64,000 nt of DNA from a bacterium (GCA_024275095.1 JAJRZV010000025.1:599-64598), one strand, 5' to 3'; positions 1-8,516 are shown, counted from the first letter of the stretch. The notes: generated from the sequence alone by a model not told the origin. Numbers and translations: made by a program.

Positions 1-311
1 AGAAAGTAAAAGACATTGTTAGGATCCTGGGATGCGAGGGTCAGGAAGCAGAAGTGTCAAACCTTGATAGGTTTCAGGCCTTCGTAGACAACCGTCATTA
101 TCCTCATACCCTGGTTCGAACAATGAACTACCCGTTGTTCCTTGTCTGGTCTCACCTGCGAGAACGTGGAATGGCAACAAGGGCCGAAATCTGCCAAATA
201 GAAGGCTTAGACACTTCCAAGCTGCCTGTTGGGAATCTGGTTGGGCAGCTGGAACGGCTTGGGCTAGCAGAAGAGCGAGAAGGGCAAGTACACGTGCTGG
301 ATAGGGAGTAA
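1..311 (+). CDS. 3' end of a CDS entering from upstream of the window; possible winged-helix-like C-terminus; function unknown
   Basis: Frame is open from nt 3 to the stop at 309-311 with no upstream stop, so the gene starts outside the window. No recognisable motif. Confidence 0.3.
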   Translation, partial: KVKDIVRILGCEGQEAEVSNLDRFQAFVDNRHYPHTLVRTMNYPLFLVWSHLRERGMATRAEICQIEGLDTSKLPVGNLVGQLERLGLAEEREGQVHVLDRE

Positions 312-326
312 GGAGCATGTTGCCCA

Positions 327-1157
327 ATGCATCCATTTGAAATAGGAAGAAGTTACGACAGAGAACAAATACTTGCCTTCCTCGGCAGTAAGCAACGTCA
401 AAGTGGCATAGTGTATGGAAAAGCGAATCGAGAGTATATTGCGGTTTTTACCGGGGGGCGTTCCGGTCGAAGGGCAGGATACGAAGACGGGTGGGGACCA
501 GATGGCACTTTCTTGTATTGCGGCCAAGGTTCAAAAGGAGACCAAAGGCTGGCCAGAGCAAACAAGGTTTTGGCCAACCACCGCGGTATCGTGTTGTTAT
601 TCGAAACATGGAAACCCAAGAACACGTGGAAAGGGAAACAGCGATTTCTCGGAGAGTTCACTGTCTTAGGATTCGACTGGTTCAGCGGAAGCGGAACGCG
701 CGAGGGTGATAGGCTTCTCGTCTTTTCCCTACTACCGGCGGCCGGCTTGACGATGCCGCGACAAGCTCCTGATATACGCTATGAAGAATTGAACGATATC
801 GCGGTCTTGCGGAGCAAGGCAATAGAAGCCAGCCGAGAGAGCACTCCAGCGCGAATGACGCTCGCCGAGTACCGCACGAGGTCGCTGGTCGTAGCGCGAT
901 ATGTCTTAGCACGGGCAAGGGGAACGTGCGAAGCTTGTGGCAAACCCGCACCATTCATACGTCCCAATGGAACCCCTTTCTTGGAAGTTCATCACACGCG
1001 TCGTCTGGCAGACGATGGACCGGACGACATCATGCACGTGGCAGCATTGTGTCCCAATTGTCATCGTGAGGCACATCTTGGGGCTAACGTGAATCGATTC
1101 CGGGAGAATCTCGAGGAGAAAATCAAGGTGAAGGAACGGGGCAATGAGGAAAGGTAA
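327..1157 (+). CDS. SRA(YDG)-HNH endonuclease, type IV modification-dependent restriction enzyme family (TagI/ScoMcrA-like)
   Basis: The N-terminal region (AGYEDGWGPDGTFLYCGQGSKGD ... QRLARANKVLANH) matches the SRA/YDG 5mC-binding motif GGYEDDvDhG..F.YTGsGG ... QKLTNTNRALALN. The C-terminus has an HNH signature: CEACG ... EVHH ... CPNCH. An AAGGAG SD lies ~11 nt upstream of the ATG. Confidence 0.65.
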   Translation: MHPFEIGRSYDREQILAFLGSKQRQSGIVYGKANREYIAVFTGGRSGRRAGYEDGWGPDGTFLYCGQGSKGDQRLARANKVLANHRGIVLLFETWKPKNTWKGKQRFLGEFTVLGFDWFSGSGTREGDRLLVFSLLPAAGLTMPRQAPDIRYEELNDIAVLRSKAIEASRESTPARMTLAEYRTRSLVVARYVLARARGTCEACGKPAPFIRPNGTPFLEVHHTRRLADDGPDDIMHVAALCPNCHREAHLGANVNRFRENLEEKIKVKERGNEER

Positions 1158-1830
1158 AAGTCGGGAGGGGGTTTGCTTGCCTAACCATTCTCTGCTCCGT
1201 GGATTTAGGCGAAGGTTGCTGGCATGGTATGTGAAAAATGGACGTCACTTCCCGTGGCGAAATAGATCCGCGACTAAGTATCAGCTGATTATTGCAGAGA
1301 TCCTTCTCCAGCGAACGCGAGCCGAAACGATTGCTACTTTCTTTGGGGAGTTCCTTCGGGCTTTTCCCTCCTGGAAAAAGCTTTCGGATGCTAACGAAGA
1401 AGACATCGCTCGTTTCTTGCGGCCAATAGGGCTGTGGCGCCGACGTGCTTCTTCTTTGAAGTTACTTGCTGTAGAAATGGCGAGAAGAAATGGAAGGTTC
1501 CCCCGAAACAGGGAAGAGATTGAGGCCCTGCCCGGGGTTGGCCAGTATATAGCAAATGCCGTTTTGTTGTTCTGTCATGATGAACCCCAGCCATTGCTTG
1601 ACGTCAACATGGCTCGCGTCCTGGAGCGAGTATTCGGACCTCGCCAACTCGCGGACATCCGCTACGATCCGTACCTGCAATCTCTGTCCTCGACGGTGGT
1701 TAATTGCAGGAACCCGAGGGAGATAAACTGGGCGATACTAGACCTCGCCGCAACAACTTGTCGGGACAGCGCTCCTCGTTGCCACGAGTGCCCTCTTAGA
1801 CGCATTTGCCTTTACCAAGGTGGACCATGA
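1144..1830 (+). CDS. MutY/Mig-family HhH-GPD DNA glycosylase with a [4Fe-4S] cluster, catalytic domain only (no C-terminal NUDIX-like domain)
   Basis: MutY-type N-terminus (LLAWY..NGRHFPWR, QLIIAEILLQRTRAE), an HhH-GPD region (LPGVGQYIANAVLL ... LLDVNMARVLERV) and a C-x6-C-x2-C-x5-C cluster loop (CRDSAPRCHECPLRRIC). At 228 aa it is about the size of Mig.MthI rather than full-length MutY. The start overlaps the upstream stop by 14 nt. Confidence 0.75.
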   Translation: MRKGKSREGVCLPNHSLLRGFRRRLLAWYVKNGRHFPWRNRSATKYQLIIAEILLQRTRAETIATFFGEFLRAFPSWKKLSDANEEDIARFLRPIGLWRRRASSLKLLAVEMARRNGRFPRNREEIEALPGVGQYIANAVLLFCHDEPQPLLDVNMARVLERVFGPRQLADIRYDPYLQSLSSTVVNCRNPREINWAILDLAATTCRDSAPRCHECPLRRICLYQGGP

Positions 1831-2867
1831 GCTTCCGCTTTTGGAGACGAATCAGGATCGCACCGGGCGTGACCCTGAACCTGAGTAAGTCGGGCGGCTC
1901 TCTCTCGTTCGGGCCACGCGGAGCGAAGTTCACCATCGGTCCGAGGGGCAAGCGGGCCACGGTGGGCATTCCGGGAACAGGTCTTTTCTACACGACCACG
2001 CTTCCGAGCGGGCGGTCAGGTGGCAGGAGAAGCGTGTCCTACTCCGCTCCGGCCGTCCCAACGGTCCGCCCGGAAGACCGCCTGACCCTGGGCTTCTTCA
2101 AGCGGCTTATCACGCCGGACGACGAGGAGGCCCTGGTGGATGGGTGCCGGGAGTTGGTCCTTGGCAACGAAGAGAAGGCCCTCGAACACCTCGAGAAGGC
2201 CATCCACCTGGCCGACGGCGCGTACCTTGCCGGTTTTCTGGCGCTCAAGCAGCAGCGGCTTGAAGAAGCCGCGACCTACCTTGCGACGGCCGCCGAGAAG
2301 CACAGCCGTCTGGGCCGCTACTTCTCCAAGTACGGCATCTCCGCCACCATGAGCCTGCCCATCACAGACGAGGTATCCGCGCATGTGGGCCCGGATCTCC
2401 GCGGCGTGCTGCTGGGCCTGGTGGAGGTCTACCAGCGTCAGGAGCGCTGGGAGGATGCAATTGCCTGCCTGGAGCGCTTGCGGCGGCTCGAACCCGACGA
2501 CGTGGTGGTGAAGCTGTCCCTCGCCGAGCTGCTGCTCACCGCCCGCCCGGGCGACAAGAACGTCTGCCGGAAGGTTGTGCGGTTGGCCGAAGGCATCGAG
2601 AACGAGACGCCGGTCCACACCGCGCTGCTCTTGTACAAGGCCAGGGCCCTGCGCGGGCTCGGGCTCCTGGAGGCGGCGCGGGAGACCCTGACGGGCGCCC
2701 TGCGCCGGAAGAAGGGCCGCTCCGAGGAGCTGCTCCGGGCGCTCAGGTACGAACGGGCCCTGGTTTACGAGGACCTCGGCCAGCGCCGGCGGGCGCGCAG
2801 CGAGCTCGAGAAGCTCTACGCCGAGGCCCCGGATTACGAGGACGTGGCGGCCCGGTTGGGGCTGTAG
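1827..2867 (+). CDS. DUF4236 N-terminal domain protein with C-terminal TPR-like helical repeats
   Basis: N-terminus MSFRFWRRIRIAPGVTLNLSKSGGSLSFGPRGAKFTIGPRGKRATVGIPGTGLFYT is typical DUF4236. The rest is alanine/leucine-rich helical repeats. Its ATG overlaps the TGA of the glycosylase gene (ATGA). Very high G+C. Confidence 0.6.
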   Translation: MSFRFWRRIRIAPGVTLNLSKSGGSLSFGPRGAKFTIGPRGKRATVGIPGTGLFYTTTLPSGRSGGRRSVSYSAPAVPTVRPEDRLTLGFFKRLITPDDEEALVDGCRELVLGNEEKALEHLEKAIHLADGAYLAGFLALKQQRLEEAATYLATAAEKHSRLGRYFSKYGISATMSLPITDEVSAHVGPDLRGVLLGLVEVYQRQERWEDAIACLERLRRLEPDDVVVKLSLAELLLTARPGDKNVCRKVVRLAEGIENETPVHTALLLYKARALRGLGLLEAARETLTGALRRKKGRSEELLRALRYERALVYEDLGQRRRARSELEKLYAEAPDYEDVAARLGL

Positions 2868-3125
2868 CGGAAATCCGAATCAGCGCCGTTTCTGCCCCTT
2901 CGGGGATGTGCCGCTCTTTGAAAAGATATTGTGTATCAACGGGTTAGGTGATATCCTGGCGGTGGAGAGTAATTATGAAGAGGGTTGCGAGTGCGGAGGT
3001 GAACCCACAGGTCCCCGGGTGGTGGTACAAAGTCAGGTTTTACTCTGGTGTTAATAATCTCCAGGTGCTCCTGTGTGACCGTACCGTTTCTTATGGCGTT
3101 GAGGATTTCTATGAATTTTTCGTGT

Positions 3126-3570
3126 TTATGGCTTTCGCCTGCTTCTGCCGTTGAGCCTCATAAACCTGTCAACGCGATCAAGAAGGTCTGCGCGGACCAG
3201 TGAGATCTCATCAATGATTATGGTGTCAATGGAGCGGTATAGCCTGCGTGTACTCTCGTTTTTCAACTTCTTCACATCCTGCAGGGTCACTCCCGGGTGA
3301 AACCTGAAAAATGAATGGATGGTCTGTCCCATAACGTTAAGCGCGGCAACTCCCGTAGGTGCCAGCACAACCACGTTTTTGCTGGTCTTCTCACGAAAAA
3401 GCTGAAGAAGAGTGGACTTGCCTGTGCCTGCCCTTCCTGTTATGAAAACGTCTTTGCGGGTGTGCTCCAGAAGATAAGGGGCGAGTTCAAATTCCGGTGT
3501 AATTTCTATGTTTAAGGAATCCAGCTCCTTGTGGTTGCCGGTGCTTTCCGGGATAATATTACAGGATAAT
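3126..3570 (-). pseudogene. Fragment of a Pif1/RecD/Dda-like SF1 helicase (Walker A region only), lacking a start codon and truncated at the 3' end
   Basis: The minus-strand frame reads ...PYLLEHTRKDVFITGRAGTGKSTLLQLFREKTSKNVVVLAPTGVAALNVMGQTIHSFFRF...IIIDEISLV. It has no ATG upstream of the Walker A motif and ends after ~145 aa. Coordinates +/-2. Confidence 0.5.
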
Positions 3571-3920
3571 ATTACCAGACTCTTCCTGCTTCAGATAGCA
3601 CCTTGTGGCGTCTCTACCTTACAACCGTAAGCGACTCCGCTGCCCGGCTCTACCCGAAGCGAAAGAATTTTTTATTTGTATTTGTAAATACGGGCATGTT
3701 CTGCCGCCAGCATCATGCTCGCCTGCATTCGTCTCCTCCGGAGCGTTCAAAGAAATCCTCCTGCTTTAATGCTATTCTTCTCTGCATGGAGAACTCACTG
3801 GCCCGGATTGTCAAGTACGGAGGGGTTCCCGATTTATATAATCACGAAGTTTACACGCCGTGTTGAATTGCTCTTTTTTGCCCCTTTTTGTTCAGGCCAA
3901 TGCGTATCTCTCCAATCCCT

Positions 3921-5339
3921 TCATTCTTCCCTTGTCAGCTTCACCTTCACGTGAAATGTGCCCACCTCAGCCCATGGATAAATTTCCGTTCCTGCATTTG
4001 CCACACACCAGTCATGATCGTCCCCGTCGTTGAATCCTATTGTCCAGGTAAAATCTCCCTCGAGCTCTGTATCGGAAATTCTGTAGAGAATCATCTGGAT
4101 CACCTCTACACGATCGCACGTTTTGAAGACCCAGTTGCCTCCAGCATCATCAAATCCTATGTAATCTGTCCACTCATTTATCGTGGTGAAGGATCCAACA
4201 TTATCAGAATTGTAAATAAACTCCTCCAGTACGTAGAGTGTGGATGGTTTCCCCCTTTTCGTCTCAAACTGGTCAGGGAACTGATCTATCTCTTCGGGTG
4301 TAAGTGACCAGTCAAACTCTCTTTCTTCCACACACAGCTGGTCGTTTTCTTTTACTTCAGGTGAGTGATAGCAGTTGGCAAAGCAGTAAAGCTGTTCAGA
4401 AACAGGGGTAAGGTCCTTGCAGTAATCGCCTGTGTCTCCGTCGTTATTGTAATCGTTTGCCCAGCCGGATGCCTCTGTGCAGGAGTTCCCCCAGGAACCG
4501 GGTTCGGGAGGGTCTGGTGTATATGTGAAATGCCCCAGGAGATTAGTGTCGTCTATAATCACCTGTGGAGATTCAGCATCGCTATCTATATCTTCCTGGG
4601 TTACTCCGATCACCCCACCACATGACAGGAAAGCCTGCTCGCTCTTCCACACCATTATTCCGTACCGCTTTTTCCCCGTATTTTTATCTGTGGCGGAAAA
4701 TCTCAAAAGGTAAATTGGCAATCCCCCCTCCACACATGGACCCTCATCAGGAGGAAGAGCTGCAGGGTCCGTGTAACCTGGTCCCCCTTTCACACACTCC
4801 ATTTTCCACGAGCCCGTAAAGTCAAAGGGTTGTGAAATCTCTGTTTTTCCAGCCACCTGGATTTCTCCCTCAACAGATACAACTGCAATTTTGGCATCAA
4901 GGTCCACAATAATGGTTCCCAGATCCGCATCATCAGCCGTCACCACAGCACCTGAACGAACAGTGCCTCCCTCCAGGTTTGTCTCGGGCTGTTCAAAAAT
5001 AAGGTCTGCGATGTGGTTGCCGTTTTCATCAAGCACAAAACATCCGAAGGCCTTTCCTTTGGCATCAAAATTCACAATTTCAAAATACCCTGACTCGTCA
5101 GCCACTCCACTTCCGGCCTTGGGATAATCCTCAAAAGTAACGCAGTAAAGCACATAGTGAGCCAGGGGCACCCCTGCTCCATCCTGCAGGGATTGAAGAA
5201 GCGCATTTTGAACAGTTGCGCCTTCTCCAACAAGCCTCCCGGTTATGGTAATGGTATTTTTCTCGCCGCCACCGCATCCCCCTACAGCAATAATTATTCC
5301 CGCAAGCAAAAATAAAAAAATGCTTCGCCACTTCATCAT
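3921..5339 (-). CDS. Hypothetical secreted lipoprotein
   Basis: Signal peptide plus lipobox (LLAGIIIAVGGC). Acidic, Cys-containing, and no recognisable catalytic motif. Confidence 0.55.
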   Translation of the reverse strand: MMKWRSIFLFLLAGIIIAVGGCGGGEKNTITITGRLVGEGATVQNALLQSLQDGAGVPLAHYVLYCVTFEDYPKAGSGVADESGYFEIVNFDAKGKAFGCFVLDENGNHIADLIFEQPETNLEGGTVRSGAVVTADDADLGTIIVDLDAKIAVVSVEGEIQVAGKTEISQPFDFTGSWKMECVKGGPGYTDPAALPPDEGPCVEGGLPIYLLRFSATDKNTGKKRYGIMVWKSEQAFLSCGGVIGVTQEDIDSDAESPQVIIDDTNLLGHFTYTPDPPEPGSWGNSCTEASGWANDYNNDGDTGDYCKDLTPVSEQLYCFANCYHSPEVKENDQLCVEEREFDWSLTPEEIDQFPDQFETKRGKPSTLYVLEEFIYNSDNVGSFTTINEWTDYIGFDDAGGNWVFKTCDRVEVIQMILYRISDTELEGDFTWTIGFNDGDDHDWCVANAGTEIYPWAEVGTFHVKVKLTREE

Positions 5340-5627
5340 TCACCTCCGTGTTCTATCTCTGGTGCTCAGCATAATTTTTCTCTTTGTTGAAAGTATGTGA
5401 TACAGGTCACACACGTGGCCCCGGTCCGGAGAAGGGGTGTTTTTGTGGAAAAAAATTAAGAGAGTCGATTCTTACGGGGACATCTGCTTGTCCTGCTGCA
5501 CCTGGGTCAAAGCTCAATTTTTAGCTTCTGAAAAGATTCGTTCAAACATGCCTCTGCCAGCGTTCTACGTTATTACACACAAGTCTTAATGCTATGGTAG
5601 TCCGACAGGTGACATGGTTGTTATCTA

Positions 5628-6431
5628 TTATCTGACACTAAGAATTGTATTCTTCCAAACATTCCCTACGATTTTGTACCCAAGTCGAAAAATATTAATC
5701 AGATAACCACTCTGCATGGGGAGATTCTCTATTATTAGTATCGGCCTGTTTTTCTCAATGGTCGCCATGGCCCCAATCAGTGCAGTTTTTTTCAAACCCT
5801 TCAACATCCAGGTGGAGAATTGATACGTGCCGATTTGAGGAGACAATGTCGCCTGTCCTACCGTTTTAACCTTAATAAATTGAGAATTGTTCTCACTTTC
5901 AGCATCAACAAAATGACCGGCCCCTCCCAGGGCTCGGCCCTTTTCATCCAAGACTCTCAGGGGAAACAGACCGTTTTCTGAACCCAGTCCAGCATTTATA
6001 AGCTCAACATTTTTCAAATTGTTTATCAAAATTGTAATGGTGGCGCATCTATAGTTTTCTGGGTTAGGCTCAAATGCCCAGAGCTTGGCTCCTTCTGAAC
6101 ACGCTCTCGCCAATGCCGGAATAAAATCGCCAAAATATGCACCAGCATGGATAATATCTCCCTTCCCAACATTTTTAACTATGTACTCAATGGTATCCTC
6201 TTCCTACACCTGGCCCGATAGAACTCTCTGTGCAGCCGGACGATGATAAGATGACAAAGGTATACAAAAGCCACCGTATTTATTATATGCAATGCAGCAT
6301 CCTAAGACAGAAGGGTCACTATCTGGATATGTAGTAAAAAGCGGCCCTGTGCGGATTCTATTTATTTTGACAAATCTTCCTGTCACATGGACAGGCGAAT
6401 TAGGGAGCAGTTTTTTTATTAATTGCTTCAC
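5628..6431 (-). pseudogene. FkbM-family SAM-dependent methyltransferase interrupted by an in-frame TAG at 6204-6206
   Basis: ORFs 6204..6431 and 5628..6113 share one frame, separated only by TAG. Downstream of the stop the frame reads EEDTIEYIVKNVGKGDIIHAGAYFGDF (SAM motif I) and AFEPNPENY (FkbM motif). Confidence 0.55.
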
Positions 6432-6678
6432 TGATTTCCTTTTTTAATTTAAATTGAATTTTTCAGATTTTTGTCTTGTCCAGATCCACCTGTACTCGCA
6501 ATACTGTCTTATGTTCGATCCACAAATTCAGGTCCGATACTATAATAAGTGTCTTCTGATAATCAAAGCAAAATTTTATACACTACCAGTTTTTGCTAAT
6601 TAACACAAAAAAGAGTAGAATGAAAATAGTTCCTCTTAATGCTCTCCCCTTCCAGTCGGGTAAAAAAGGAGGTTTTTT

Positions 6679-7554
6679 ATGAAGCATGAAAAAAGAAATG
6701 AGAGATGGACTCGTCTGTTGCGGCCTTTTTACAGGGCCGGAAAGCCACTCGGTGCGCTTGGTGTGATTATGGCGCTGGGTGTCCTCTTTTCGTGTGGCGA
6801 TAGGGGGGCGCTCATTTCTGAACCACAGTTCGACATTATCGGTGAAATGTTCGCAACCCTTGCTCTCTCACCAGGCTCCTCCGCAATAGGGAACAATGCC
6901 CAGTCTGTTCCACTTTTGGAAGCCCGGGGGATTAATCCCCTGGAAAACTGTTCTCCACAGAAACTTATACCGCCTTCCAACTGTGGTGAAAGCGGGAACA
7001 TTTACACAACGATCAACCTCACGTGCTCAGGGCCGTCGGGGTGTTGTGGAGCTGACCCGCCGTGTGAGAAAGACACCATGAGCATAGAAGGCACCGGTAG
7101 CACCGTGTTCAACACGTGCACGACCTCAACAGCAGAGGGCGACAGGGTGGTGATTGACGGCACCATATATACAACTCTCACAGTGGACACTGCCTTTACG
7201 TGTTCAGGCATTGTTTCTGCACAGTCGAAGGTTACCCTTACAGGCAGGCCCTCTTTCCGGGTCAACGGAAGAGAGGTCTGCAACGGTGACATTTTCATTA
7301 CTGTTACAGCATTCGTGGGTAGCAGTGTATACGTGATTGTGTCTGGAAACATTTGCGACCAGTACTTTTACAGGAAGTACGATTACGGGTGCTCCGTGGA
7401 TTGCGGCAGTTACTGCTGCCCTTCCGGTGCTGTTTGCGCCACGTGCACATCAGGAGAAGCCTGTTTCGCAGCGATTTACCCCGTTGACTGCTGTAATGGA
7501 TACGCCTGCCCGGCTGGCACCACCTGTACGAGTGATGGCAAGTGCCAGTATTAA
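6679..7554 (+). CDS. Hypothetical Cys-rich secreted lipoprotein
   Basis: Strong SD (AAAAAGGAGG), signal peptide with an LFSCGD lipobox, and a very cysteine-rich C-terminal half. Confidence 0.55.
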   Translation: MKHEKRNERWTRLLRPFYRAGKPLGALGVIMALGVLFSCGDRGALISEPQFDIIGEMFATLALSPGSSAIGNNAQSVPLLEARGINPLENCSPQKLIPPSNCGESGNIYTTINLTCSGPSGCCGADPPCEKDTMSIEGTGSTVFNTCTTSTAEGDRVVIDGTIYTTLTVDTAFTCSGIVSAQSKVTLTGRPSFRVNGREVCNGDIFITVTAFVGSSVYVIVSGNICDQYFYRKYDYGCSVDCGSYCCPSGAVCATCTSGEACFAAIYPVDCCNGYACPAGTTCTSDGKCQY

Positions 7555-7654
7555 ATTAAATGGTTACAACACGGTAATTTAATTGCAGGTACAATAGAGT
7601 ATTATCACTGTCACTTCAGGTTGCAAATCCGGCGCCTGGAATTTATAACAGTTC

Positions 7655-7712
7655 AGAGGGGATGGAGTCCCCCTGTAACCGCCCGTTATAAAGGGCTGAT
7701 GACTCCTATCCG
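7655..7712 (+). ncRNA. Fluoride riboswitch (crcB RNA motif) aptamer
   Basis: AGGGGAUGGAGUCCCCCUGUAACCGCCCGUUAUAAAGGGCUGAUGACUCCUAUC matches the crcB-motif consensus (GGnGAUGGnGU.CnCC..AACCGCC...GCUGAUGAnnCCUAC). It sits directly upstream of crcB. Confidence 0.8.
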
Positions 7713-7731
7713 CCTGTGCAGGCGGTTTTTT
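7710..7731 (+). terminator. Intrinsic terminator, expression platform of the fluoride riboswitch
   Basis: Stem-loop CCGCC-UGUGCA-GGCGG followed by UUUUUU. It overlaps the 3' end of the aptamer. Confidence 0.6.
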
Positions 7732-7765
7732 ACTACATTGCAGATGCTGTTCAGGAGGATGTTCT

Positions 7766-8143
7766 ATGGGTCTGAAATTGTTGCAACTGGCTCTGGCAGG
7801 AGCTCTGGGAACGCTGGCCCGTTACGGTCTGGCAGGTTTTGTGCACCGCATCAATGGTGCATATTTCCCCTGGGGGACCTTTGCGGTGAACGTAACCGGA
7901 TGCTTTTTTGCAGGATTTTTATGGGCGATGTTCGAGAGCCGCTGGGTTGTTTCCGGCGAAACCCGTACCATTTTACTGGTGGGTTTCATGGGAGCGTTTA
8001 CGACATTTTCTGCTTTCATTCTGGAGACAGGTGAACTCATCAAGCCGGCGGAATGGGGCTATGCCGTGGCGAACCTTTTGTTGCGAAACGGTTTCGGCCT
8101 TGTGGCCCTTTTTTTAGGAGCGGCTCTCGGGCGCCTTGTGTAA
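7766..8143 (+). CDS. crcB: Fluoride ion channel CrcB/FluC
   Basis: A 125-aa four-TM protein with GAFTTFSAF and FAVNVTGCF motifs. A fluoride riboswitch lies upstream. Confidence 0.9.
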   Translation: MGLKLLQLALAGALGTLARYGLAGFVHRINGAYFPWGTFAVNVTGCFFAGFLWAMFESRWVVSGETRTILLVGFMGAFTTFSAFILETGELIKPAEWGYAVANLLLRNGFGLVALFLGAALGRLV

Positions 8144-8171
8144 TAGAGCAGACAAAGGAGGTGGATAAGAC

Positions 8172-8516
8172 ATGAAACTTTCTTCACAAGCATTGCTATT
8201 GAGAATATTTATCGGCGAAAGTGACAAGGTGGGAGGAAAGCCTTTATATGAAGTTGTTGTCGAGGAGGCCAGGCGACGGGGTATGGCGGGAGCTACGGTG
8301 TTGAGAGGATTTCTTGGGTTTGGAGCTACCAGTCGGATACATACGGCAAAAGTTTTGAGGCTTTCTGAAGATTTGCCCATAGTTGTTGAGATCGTGGATA
8401 CCAAGGAAAAGATTGAGGAGTTCCTGCCGGATCTTGACGGCATGATCGATCAGGGACTTGTGACTTTAGAGAAAGTCCAGGTTATAGCTTATCGCCACAA
8501 CTCCACCCAAAAGTAA
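8172..8516 (+). CDS. DUF190 (PII-like) protein commonly co-transcribed with crcB
   Basis: Sequence LYEVVVEEARRRGMAGATVLRGFLGFG... has DUF190/PII-like architecture. It is the classic fluoride-regulon partner of crcB. Confidence 0.75.
   Translation: MKLSSQALLLRIFIGESDKVGGKPLYEVVVEEARRRGMAGATVLRGFLGFGATSRIHTAKVLRLSEDLPIVVEIVDTKEKIEEFLPDLDGMIDQGLVTLEKVQVIAYRHNSTQK

Noticed and set aside
2016-2618. 200-aa ORF antisense to the DUF4236-TPR gene, and similar antisense/overlapping ORFs (e.g. 18035..18370, 25576..26022, 29400..29783, 35236..36032)
   Set aside because: They lie opposite long, motif-rich conserved genes. In GC-rich or low-complexity regions antisense frames stay open by chance.
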